Assembly: GCF_037042905.1 (NCBI RefSeq) | Contig: NC_087251.1 | Coordinates: 14,882,001 to 14,946,000, forward strand | Length of the DNA: 64,000 nt | Source: Lytechinus pictus | Lineage: Eukaryota | Direction of reading: 5' to 3' | The notes under the pieces: generated by a model | Database searches by the model: none | The model's input: only the letters and a program-made list of their open reading frames with translations | What the model was told of the DNA's origin: nothing | Part shown: piece after piece, positions 1 through 12,300 of the stretch | Position numbering within the stretch: the first letter of the stretch is position 1 | Layout of the letters: every line of letters starts with the position of its first letter | Made by a program: the position numbers and the translations under genes

Positions 1-565
1 AGCAGAGAACTTTTCGTTTTTTTGAGGTTCCAGACTGTGCTCAGATGTCAGGAATCTGCCACTCGCTAGACCTTCATCCATATAATCGTGGTAATTGTAC
101 ACTTTTTGTTTTCACAATTCATTTGGAGAAATATTTAGACCATAAATCACCCTTGTCCGGTGGCAATGGTAGAATACACTGTGAGCTTCTGGGCTCCCGC
201 CCGCTGCGCGGACGGGAGCTCTCTGGGTTACCTATAATATTAATAATAATATTAGGCCTAATATTATTAAACTTGGAATCACAAATTGATACATTTGTTC
301 CTCGAATAGATGGAGTAAAGAACTGATGACATAAGCCAAAACTTTTAATATTCTAAATTAGAGTCTACTAAATAAAAATATGGAAGATTTCCCCGCGAGT
401 CTCCACTACGTGGTTCACCGGTTCCTTAATCTTGAGCCCCGCCGCCGATACGGGGAAACTCACCGAGCCTACACGGTAAACCGCAGTTTGGTGGGAGTGG
501 CAGTGCCAGTGCAGTGGCACCAGTGCCCCTTTCTCTCTAAATTTAGACCAAGTGTCATAGTTTAC

Positions 566-646
566 CTTTTCATCTGAGTTTGTTGTTCGCTGCACAAAGT
601 CTACTACTTCCATATGGAGAAAGTCAAAAATAAAATCATCTGCCAT
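566..646 (-). CDS. TRAPPC6B: Trafficking protein particle complex subunit 6 (TRAPPC6A/B-like), first coding exon; rest of the gene lies left of the window
   Basis: ATG at 646 (aaaATGG) encodes MADDFIFDFLHMEVVDFVQRTTNSDEK, then a phase-0 donor AAG|GTAAAC. The peptide resembles the TRAPPC6B N-terminus (MADEALFLLLHNEMV..., recalled), with F-x-x-L-H-x-E conserved. Confidence 0.82.
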
Positions 647-1349
647 TTTCACTGGAGAAAGTAGTTTAAGTTAGAGATGAAAAATTGGCTCCGCGATATC
701 CGAGCAAATTTCAGCTGGCCTGCATCTGCGAGCTGCTAATACCAATACAGTGTGCATACGCTTCAGCTATACCGTATGGATGCTAAACTCCAATTGTGCT
801 AAAACAAAAAGTGAAATCCACTGTCATTTTTCACCAAACTTTGCAGATAGATACTTTAGTACCTGAATATTCCAAATATGCAAAAATTAACACGGGTTAA
901 TTGTGGAACGTCCTTAAATGTGCACAGATCATGATGTGCACAAATATATGTCCTTAAAAGAGGGGACATTCTTTCTATAAAATTAAAAAGTCTCTCTCTG
1001 ATTGGGACAAGGAAGGCCATAATTGCTGCGAGATTATTCCAGAGTATGCTAAACATTTAAGGACCTTTTTGTTTGTTTATGGGTATATCTTTGCAATAAT
1101 TTCAGTCTGTACATAAAAAGGAATCAGACACAGTCTACACATATAGCTATCTTGTAAACGCTGATTAAAATTTTTGCTGGAACTAATTAGAATCTATATC
1201 CCTCCTCAACTTTTAAAAGATTCAATTGGTCACTTTCCTGTCATTTTCCTATATTCTTTTGTCCTCCTTTTTACAAATGGTTCATAACTTTCATTGCTGA
1301 CTTTTCACATACCGGGTATCTGGATCATGAAGTCAAATACATGTAGGTC

Positions 1350-1748
1350 GGTAAATTGCCAATTCGTCTACTCCCAGCTCATCCACTCACCACATGGTCT
1401 ACTTTCATTTAGTCTATAATGCCATTCTGTCCATCGAACACTCAAACAACCATTTGGTCCAAATAGCCACTTGGTCCAAGAGTCACTTCGTCTAATTACC
1501 ATTTCGTCTATGACCAGTTGGTCTAATATCCACTTCATATTCATTCATTTTGCACAATTAACATTTAGTCTAATTAGGCAAAATGTATATGGACTAAATT
1601 ACTATTGGACCAACTGGTTATAAGATGAAATGGTGAGTGGACGGATTGGCAATTAAACCATGTGGATAGTGGACGTCGAACTGATGATAGACCAAATGAT
1701 GAGTTGGCGATAGGACAAAATTGGCATTAGACGAATTGAAACTAAACC
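1350..1748. mobile_element. MITE-like element with terminal inverted repeats and internal gtcta/tagac subrepeats
   Basis: ggtaaattgccaattcgtcta ... tagacgaattgaaactaaacc; left and right halves carry complementary short subrepeats. Confidence 0.6.
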
Positions 1749-4700
1749 AGTAGTACTATATCCAGGTCTATAAAATAATGCTGACATGATACCAAAATCT
1801 TTCACTTCCAAAGACCCTTTTATGACACTAGGCTCCAGTTTCTTCACTATTTTCAGTATTCATACTTTATTTATTGCCACTCAGTACCCCCCAGCCCCAA
1901 ATGCTCTCTCTCCTTCCCTCTCTCCCTCTCTGACATCATCTTCCCCTGCCCCCCCCCCCTCCCTCTCTCTCTTTGTATCCTGGTTGTTTTCCCTTTCAAC
2001 CCATTTTCGATGCAACGTAACACTTAACCATAAAGTCGTGTAGCCTATATTTGAAACTTTCATAATCATGGAGATATGATATTAATCCATCCAATCTTAC
2101 ATAGTTATATATTGTTGGTCATTAATGGCTTGATATGAATTCAAAATGACTTAACATGACTTTAAAAAAATGATCAGAAGCCATATATTGTCTGACTTTT
2201 TTGCATTTTTCCCCTCCTTTTCTACCTTGTTTGACAATTTGTGACAATGATAACCCTATATCGTTTTTAAATATCAAGTGAGCATTAATGTAGACACTGA
2301 AAATAGCATTGGTAAAATTATCCAAAAATAAATATATTTCATAAATGATTTAACATCATTTTCATGTTTATCTTTGTAGATGGTATTTCAAACAAATTTA
2401 AGACAATCAATGAAATAATGAAAAAAGATAAGATTTGTGATATAAAGGGATGCTTTATTTTAAATCCACTTTACATGATAGTACATGGAATTTCCATGAC
2501 TCAAGTGAAATTGCACTATTATTAAGTGATCACATAATATATCTTGGTTGTTCACTCTTCTTCCATTTTCAAAGATGGAATGTTGCTTCTTAGTAAACTT
2601 GTAAGAAACATTCCAACCCTTTGGAAATAAAACAATACATAAAATATCAATACCATTAGGTCAAATAAACGAATCATTGGATGACTTTTCTTGAGACTAA
2701 CACTTCAATTATGAATAATAGATCGTACACAGCCTGCATGCATTACTTGCTGCTATGTCAGGTAATCATACAAGCAGTCTGTAGCAGCGTTTACTCAAGA
2801 ACCAATAGAACATGATTGCGCTGGAATACTTGGAAATCCTATATAATTCCAGTCCCTGCCAGCAGCAACTTTACTCGAAACATATATTTATGAAGTCGTG
2901 AACCCTATTTTTCAACTTATTTTTCAATTTATTTGTTTTTTTCTATGATATTCCCAATTAATTGCAAAATGCCTATAGTTAGATATCTACATGCACTGCA
3001 TGTACAGTGGTGCTAGAAAGCTGGTGAACCCTACCACAAAATGCACTCCAGCATGATGAGTGTTGAATGAAGTCAACAACACTTCAAGGTCGGGCGAGCC
3101 CAGAGAAACAATCTTTATTGAATATAATATTTTATCACCTGTCTTTGCTACATAATATCTATAACATGGCAGAACTTGAACACTTTCCAATATTCCAAAA
3201 AGAATTCAACAAATATCAGCATATCAGTATTAAGTATAGATAAAGCTTATACATGTGCAAAGAGAGTTAAATATATTTCCCCCAATTCTAAGTGTGCAAT
3301 CTGTTTTGCTGGAACAGAAACATTGCTATTTTCCTTATTTTCATACAGCATTTGTGAAATGAACTCCTCTCCAAGTTTTCCTGTATAGAACCTGTCTCTC
3401 AATTCTTAATGTTTTGAACCCTGCATGTCTCTTCACTGAACAATATTATTCAGTATTTTTTGGTCTGCCTAGTAAACACTATATTAATGATTATAATATC
3501 AACAAACATTTTGATGGAATATATGTCAGCAAATTCAAATCCCACTAAAAATGAAAATACGCTAATAATACTGTGAAGTTCTTTTCACTTGAAAATATTG
3601 CAAACTTTTACTATTAACACAAACTGATGAAAGAGGCACACAACATTCATCTGACCAGGTACACATGCACATACAGCCATTGTCTTTTCATAAAACTCTT
3701 CAATAAATGCCACTGCTTTTACAAATTCAATCACATATGAGAATTCTGATTAAATTTAATGGTAAACTGATTCATATACTTTGTCTATAAAAAAAAAAAG
3801 AATTTCGAGCCTCTATTTATTTTAAATAGCCTTACACTGATAAATTTAATTAATGAAAGTCCTAGGATGTCATATTCAAATTGAATTGTAAGCATAAATT
3901 TGGCAGAAATGGTAGGTATGATAATTATTTTAGATTAAAAAACAAAAGCAAAATTTATAGAGGGAAATATTCATCCTCATTTGTACTGGCAAAATTACTA
4001 TACTATAATATTACTATTAATTGTAATGCCAGTCCAACCTTGGACCTACTATACTTACTCAAAACCTGGTATATTTATATGATATTTTAATTCCAATTTG
4101 GTATACATTACAATATTTTATTAACTTTAATTTACACATTCCTCTCAACTTAGTGTGCCACAACCATATGTTCAGTCAATCAATATGATATATTTTCATT
4201 CGCAATCAAAGGCAAAAATGCCACTTATATTCATATATAAATATCATCAAATGTATTCTGATTCTTTTCTGAATAAGATATTTAAATAGCATACATGTAA
4301 ATAGTTTGCATAAAAAGACAAAATAACGTAGTGTCCACTATTTTGCATAATTCTAATTTAGGAACAAACAGTAGAAACCCTTCTATTCACATAGCAGTAG
4401 AAATTCAATCAAGATTGGTTTGAGTTGTATGTCTACATGAATAGTAAAACAGTGTATTTGTAGAAATAGTGAATATCTACATTGATCTAATTCAATAGAA
4501 GATACGGATGAAACAGCAGAATTTTATCACCATCATACCCCCACACCCATCCAGCCACACACACTGAACAGAAACATGGACATGACATTTACTTTTCAGT
4601 ATTAATGGTCTGCTTCAATCACATCCAAGCCAAAATGCGATAGTAATTCTGAGAAATTGGATTTCAATGCTTAAAATACAAATACAATGTAGATGTAAAA

Positions 4701-7538
4701 CAGTACACCTACATGATAGAAAGAAACGCTGATCACTCTGCACTAAAACACAATAAAAAAAAATAACATGTAAAGAATCACCCATCAAATGCAATGAAAC
4801 TGAAGCATTTCATCTATTGATTAAAACAATGAATTCATTTTTTTTAAATGCTTTGATTTTTCTTGATCTAGCGAGACAATGACTTCTGCAGCAAGACTTT
4901 GAATAATAATTTAAAGCATACATACTGTAATAATTGAGGCACTTTTTATCATCATATTACAAAGGTTTGATAACGGGATCAATAGATTAAATGAACTTGA
5001 TTAATTTTTTCTCCCTATAATGGGGATGCTAGCAAAGTCTGATGATGATGATGACGATGGTGGTGGTGGTGGATGGGGTGATTAAGATAATGTTGATGAT
5101 GATGTTGATGGTGATTGTGGTGGTGGTAATGATCAGCAATTCAGGAAATTCATTTGTTTCTTGCTACATTCAAATCATTCAAATGGAAACAACACACAAT
5201 TAACAACAAAAATATATATATATGACACACAATGAAAATGCTACATGTATAAATCATTGTTCCCATTAAATGAAATTCAGCAAAACTTGGCAGACACTGC
5301 AAAATAAAAATAAAAGGAAGATGTTTAACAGATTTAAGAGCTTAAAAGCACCCTGTATATTGGAACTGATTCTCTTTTTCAAGAAAATCATGACAAAATA
5401 CTGGTAACAGATCTGTGAAATTATCACAAATACAGATCAACAATGGGCAAACAATTGGCAAGGTCAGAAGTCATGATTCTATAGGCTACTGTAATGAATC
5501 ATCCATCTTTTATACTCATATATTGCAGATATGATTCATGGAAAATATGTTTATATGTATAGGTAATATGGGAGGAATGTAATTTGGTTCAATCTCATTT
5601 TGTATAATGCACATTTAGTCTCATATCACATATACTACACCATCCCCATTTTATCAAAACCAGTATGTCATTTAAAATTTAATGTATTATCATTTGTCTT
5701 ATTTCCCGTTAAACAGATGGTCAATTTTGTTTAATACCTGTAATCACTCTAACACCACTTATCGGGGTTTAAAGTAAACTTGGAATTGATTAAAAGTCAA
5801 TTTTAGATCCTAAACTCAATCACAAAACTGTGTATTGGTTTGCATGATTACAGCATAGATTCAATTTGACAGTCAAAATTGATCTTTCGGTTGTGAGTAT
5901 ATGCAATTTGATATCTGCAATGGTTTCCAAATAGTTTCTTGAAACACCCCTTTGTCCAATACAGAAACTGGAAATAACATGATGTACATTTCTATCCAAC
6001 ATGGAGGGTCTTAAATTGTAATTCAGCATTAATCTTTTCAATTATACAAAATTCCAAATTTCCTGTACTTACAACAAAGGTCCGATTGACTAAAACTAAA
6101 TCAAACAGAAACCATTTGATCATTTCACAAAAAAGCGGCCCAAATTGGTTTTATGAAAAAAAAATAGGGACAAATGAGTAAACAAAATTGATAGTGTACA
6201 CACTATACTTTAATAGTCATCTCAGGGGGGGGGGGGTTACTGTAATGTCTACTGATAATGTAAATTAGACCTACTGTTATTCAACCCAAGTGGCTATGAA
6301 TAATGATATACGGTAAGCCTACACTGTACTCAGTGAGATGGATAAGAATCTAAATTGAAATTTCTTTGTTTTACCGGACTGTGAATTGTAACTGAAAATC
6401 TTTGAGTGGTGTTGAATGCTGGTGTTGGTGCCAAGGCAAAATAAGCATCTGCTATAACACCAAACTTGAAACAAGGCTGGTGTTAGGATTTACATCACTT
6501 GGTATTGTGCTTTCAATAACCGATATTGGGTAATTTCAGGAATGATGGTATTGGTGTTGTGACAAAATAAAAATCAGTTTCTTTCTAAAGGTTTTCCAAG
6601 CTGATTATAAGCAATTTCATCAACAGAATACAGACAGGAACAGGGCTGGTTTAATTATAAGCCCATTCAAAGCTATACGTTCATTTCTTCAGAAGTTGTC
6701 TTCTTTGTGTTTGTGATTGCTTTATGGCTGATCAAAATTGAATAGGCAAATTTTGCCATTTTGATATCTCAATTTAAGAGCCTCTGCTGCTTTTCAAAGT
6801 ATGAATGATAGCGATTGTGCAATGTGCGACAGAACGATGTATTAAAAAGTGAACATACAATTAGGTCAAAGGTCAATTACACACCCAAACACACACGGAC
6901 ACTGCAAGATCAGCATTAAGTCACTTATTCGGTTTACATTAATTGATCTCTAATATCTTACATCAATGTAAAAAAAAAAACAAGAAATTTACAGAGCTTT
7001 TAGTACACTAAGTACATGAAATATTACAACATTTCATCACAGTGCAATATTAGAACTATGGTAAAATAGTCCAGAATATCTGGAGATTGACTCACATCTA
7101 ATATTCCACAATTTTTTCATTACTCAAGCACATCAATAAAAAAAATTTGGTTAACTCTCATTCAAAACATAGCTCATAATAGTGCACTATAAAATAATTC
7201 ACCTCGTTATATACTGTAAGTATCAAATGGTACAGAATAATCATGTGCATAATGCCGTGTTGGAAAACAACACTGGTATATATATATTACTTTAAAATAG
7301 TAATAAATTACTTGGATACACAGCGGACAGAAAATCTCAACAAATGCTTCAAATATCCAATATATATATATTTTCAAATGATTCATACTTCATGAAGAGT
7401 CCCCACCATTGTTCATACACCATTATTTGGTCAACAAACATAGTTATATAGACCTCTCTTGATCACTCATTTCATTTGGTTTATTTCATAATTCGACGGA
7501 ATGCACCAGACGACTGAAAACACCGCATTTACATCACG

Positions 7539-7871
7539 TTAACAGGACCGGTGACGAACCCATACAGGTCCCGCTGTCACTGCACGATAGGCAAGATAGT
7601 ACGACCAGAGATAGGACCACAAGAACTTGGGGGATATGAAGAGCGTTAACCAACCATACGCGCTGTAGAGATTGTAGAGGTTGTAGGCCTGAAATAAAGC
7701 ACCCAGGATCATGCCCGGTATACTGACCAGTGTCCATACAAGATTGAGGGCGTTGTTTTGCCTCTTGGCGTTCCGATTCGAGCTGGAGACCGTCCCGTTG
7801 GACACATGAGGGGGTGGTGGTGACAGGTGAATAGCACAGAAGAGTATGAGCGGGATATATATTAATAATGT
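7539..7871 (-). CDS. TMEM62: TMEM62 last coding exon
   Basis: [16 protein letters not shown]...[21 protein letters not shown]...RHRSC*; acceptor ttcttccaacag; TAA at 7539-7541. Confidence 0.92.
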   Translation of the reverse strand, partial: TLLIYIPLILFCAIHLSPPPPHVSNGTVSSSNRNAKRQNNALNLVWTLVSIPGMILGALFQAYNLYNLYSAYGWLTLFISPKFLWSYLWSYYLAYRAVTAGPVWVRHRSC

Positions 7872-9128
7872 CTGTTGGAAGAATAACAGGAGATCATGTA
7901 ACAACTTTCACTTACATTTACATACACTTGGGCCCAAAAGTTAGCATACACCTTGAAAATGAAATCATATTATCAAACATAGTAAGATACTTTTCTGAAT
8001 GATTTGATGCTTTCAAAATAATTTGAATTAATGAAATTTAATCAAAATATGCTCTGAAAATATTTCTTTTTAGGAATTTTATTTGAACTGTGTACTGCAA
8101 AATGTTGATGTTACAATTAAACCCCAGATTCAAGTAAAACACAAATGAAGACAATATAAATGCAAATGAAAACAAACGAAAAAATATTCAGTCTTCTGCT
8201 AAGCTATGAGTCATTCTCAAGTGAGGGCACATCATAAAGTTAAAGTATATGATTAAAAAGAAAATGAATGTAACAAAGGTTTGAGATAAATCACCACTTC
8301 AATAAAAGTACTATGGGATAAGATCAATCTAGCAGAGAAAATGTGATATCTTGGTAAGAGCCATCTTTGTATACTTACATCAATTACTGTAACAACCATG
8401 CCAAATGTCTCTGGAACCCAGGACCCTATTGTATAAATACCATAGGCAGTGGACACTCCTATGTGTCCAGTCAAAAAGTGACCTATACACCATGGACCTG
8501 TCATAAAAAATATCAAACATCGCATGTACGTTTTGAAATAAATCTGAATATTCAGTGAATACTAAGATACCAAACCACTACACTTACATGCATAATAATA
8601 GAATGGTAGAAAGCTCTGAAAATAATTACAATATTAGTTCCTTCATTATGAATGAAGGCTTATGATTTGTTGAATATGTTCTCCTTGTCATTGCACAATT
8701 TATTATATGGCTACGAACCTTCAATATTCTGACAATTTCTGCACTTTTTTGTGTACAAGTCCCATATGCCATGATGTGCCCAAATTAAATTACCTCTCTG
8801 ATTAAATCATCACACAATAAGGTACCACCCACATTGCATGTTTTGGACAGTCTTCTGGAAAAATGTTGACAATTTTAAAATAAAAATCTATTTTTTTAGA
8901 TAGATTTGGAATAATTGTTTATTGTTTACAAAATATCTAATTGTTTTATCCTTCCTTTTCTTACTTTTTTTCTTGGCCATGGAACTATGTTTTTATTTTT
9001 TTCTTTCTTTCTTTCTCCTTTTTTTTTTTTTTTTTTTTGGGGGGGGGGGTTCCCCTGTTATATAGTGAGAGTAGTAGCTGTAGTTATACATGTAGCAATA
9101 ATTGCCATCATAGCCACAGTAGGAGGAA

Positions 9129-9169
<41 letters not shown>

Positions 9170-9176
9170 ACAGTAT

Positions 9177-9215
<39 letters not shown>

Positions 9216-9258
9216 CAGCAGCAGCAGTAGTAGTAGTAGCAGTAGTAGCAGTAGTAGC

Positions 9259-9346
<88 letters not shown>

Positions 9347-12300
9347 ACAGTAGTAGTAGAAGTTACTATGATAGTGGTAATAACAGTAGTAGAGGTAGTA
9401 GTAGAACAATCTCAGAAGAAACAATAGAGGAAACCTGTACATTTAAATTGCCCCTGATTTGCATCTATAATAAGCCTAATTATTTGTTGGCTTTATGGTA
9501 AATGCATGACTTCTGTACTATTGAATTTTAATTGTAAGGTATCTCTCTTGTTCCTCTTCTAAATACTTCATTTAAAACACATATCTTCCTATCCTTATTC
9601 ACAACCTTAGTCACATCAGATATGATTGTAAAAACTTTAGCCACATTAGATTTCTTTAACTCGCAAAACAGGGTAGATGCGGGTATATGCAGGGAGGAAA
9701 TATTCCCGCGAATGGCTTGAAGCTCTGAATTTTAGAAATTTCTTTGAAACTTTAACGTGCTCTAATTTTGATATTTCTATAAATAATACGAAGAAAAATG
9801 TAGCGCAAAATGTGAAAGGGGTGTTGCCCGGCTGATGCAAGCTTGAAGTGGGACTATTCCTTTCCCATGCACGAGAAGCACGGAAACTTCTGTGAGTTAT
9901 TTTGGAAGAAAAAAATGTGTGTAATTTCGCTCATAATATTAAGCGCTTCCTTTTGTATGATTAAGAAACTTCTGTGATATTCAAAATTTCAAATCAATGG
10001 TGCAAAACAGGAGATGGATGTGCAGCGATATAAATTTAAAATAAAGTTTCATCGTACCAACGTTTGCATATAGCACGGCACGAATTCAATGCTCCCCCTT
10101 TGAGCAGATACTTTGCAAAAAAAAATGCTTGCTGAAATAGCATTTGGGGACTTCGGGATCGAGTGACGGTATAAAAGTTTACCCGGGATCTGAACAGAAG
10201 AGCCGAAATTTTGTGTCAGTGCAATTAAAACAAATACTTCTCATACTCTTTACACCCACGTATACTTTATAATTTCTGGCAAGAATGCGATTCCCATGGC
10301 CGGGAAGGGGAAAACAGCGTAGAAAAAAAGGTGTGGGAAACAAAGGGGAAAGGCAAGTTTGATATTTTTCCGGCGCGGAGCGCGGAAGCAAAATTTTGTA
10401 TGAAGAGAGAACATCTCGTTTAAGTTTTTATTCTTTTGACAAAAAAGAAAGAAAAAACAATAAAGCTATACCCTTCTTCCCTTTTCTCCCTTCGCTTTTT
10501 CTTTTTCTCCCTTCTTTTTTTTTTTGGGGGGGGGGGCGTTTTTTGGGGGGCGACCGCCCACACCACCCCCCCTGGCTAAGCGCCTGCTTATTCATTGAGT
10601 ATTAATTCTCCTGAAAACACATCCTCCTATCCTAATTTATTTTAGTACTAACTGTAATTTCTCTTATTACTTTTTCTTAACTAAATTTTAGTTATCATAT
10701 GAAATGTACATGTTCATTAATTTGTATCATGATTTTGTGTTAATTCCTGTGGTAAGCACTTAGAAACAATCATGAAAAAAGTTAATCAATTACAACCTAT
10801 TTTTATATTTTGTGTTCCACTGTTTGCATGCAATTTTAAAATGAACATGTATGGTACATACTGGTCAAATTACTCACCTATATAAGGATAGACTAACAGT
10901 CCTATTATTGAGTAGAAGAACAGATCCACATGTGAGAGACGTATTAAGCCCCTTACTACAACACTGCGGTAAAATCCTGTTATCAAAAGGATAAAAAAAG
11001 AGATTGAAAAAATATTAAAGGTGCTCTATAAAGATCTTCTACACAAAAAAATATATAAATTTCAATTATAGATTTTCAGAAATATTCAAAGACTATCAAT
11101 GTGTGGAATTTCAGGCAGGATACAATGAATCAAGACGCAAGATGGAAAGACGGGTGTATGGGGATAGGATGTGATGTAGGTATGAAAAATAGATTGAGAA
11201 GAATAGCAAAAGACCCTAATGCAGGGATTTCAAGCCTAATCCATAAGACTCAGCATAACTATTTTTTTCCAACGCAACTATATTTGATACATACTATGTA
11301 TAATATCATCAAAATTTCATACTTCCATTCAAACAAGTACAAAGACGTAAAGATGTGCATAAAGATCTGCTACAATCACTTTTTAAACTTTCAAACTAAC
11401 TTTAAATCTTTCATATTTCAAAAATAGATTACAGACTATTTTAATCGTTAACAATTCTGTTACCTGCTGCTGTTTTTCTGACTTGTGTACGAAGCATAAC
11501 GAGAAGAAGTATAATTGGGCACAACATAAGGAAATTCCACAGCATAAACTGAAATGAAAGTAATATAAGACAACCACATCAATTAAGAAAAAAAGCAACA
11601 AATACCTGAGTGCTCCATGTAATGAATCAAACAATATTCTAAAAGATACATGCTTTAATGCTGCTTAATTAAACTTGTTGAATAATGCAACTTCATTAGC
11701 TCTCAACCTGTTTTTATAAAATGAATTTATTATTTCTACATTTTCTATAGGCTCTATTTGGATAGTATCTGAGCCTAATTTCAGTGAAAACCATGGTTTT
11801 GATTGGCTGTCAAATATTGTTCACCTATTTTTACTATGGTAATTGTTGTATTGAGAATGACAAACTCGTTGGTGCTTACCATATTCACAACATGTGTTGT
11901 ACACAATACAATAATATCAGTGTAAAATGTGATAACCATATCAACATGGAAGAACAACAGACTTACTGCTTTTGTGATATCTATAAGAAGAACAACTGTT
12001 GCTATGAACCACTGTTCTGGCTTGCTGTCATCCAGCGAGAAGTGCTCTTTGTTGATGTTAGATCGCCCACTGAAATCCTGCAAGAAAATTAAATAAATGA
12101 AATCAATCAATTACATGCTGCTTAAAATGCATATGTTAAAAATATAAAATATTTAGTCTTCAAAGAAAAATATATAATTTAGAATTACTTTGAACATTTT
12201 GTTTGAGGACAATCAGTTAATTCCAAATGAGAATGCCCCTACATTAATTTTCAAAATATATTAGCATGCATTTCTGCAAATATAATAAACACAAATTTGT

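Noticed and set aside
2987..3190. 67-aa minus-strand ORF downstream of TMEM62
   Set aside because: No homology recognised and no supporting splice structure; length is within chance expectation.
8915..9501. Long poly-Val, poly-Ser and poly-Tyr ORFs
   Set aside because: Translations of the (TAG)n microsatellite inside a TMEM62 intron.
11784..12092. Cys-rich 102-aa + strand ORF
   Set aside because: Antisense shadow of TMEM62 exon 10 and its intron; no recognisable domain.
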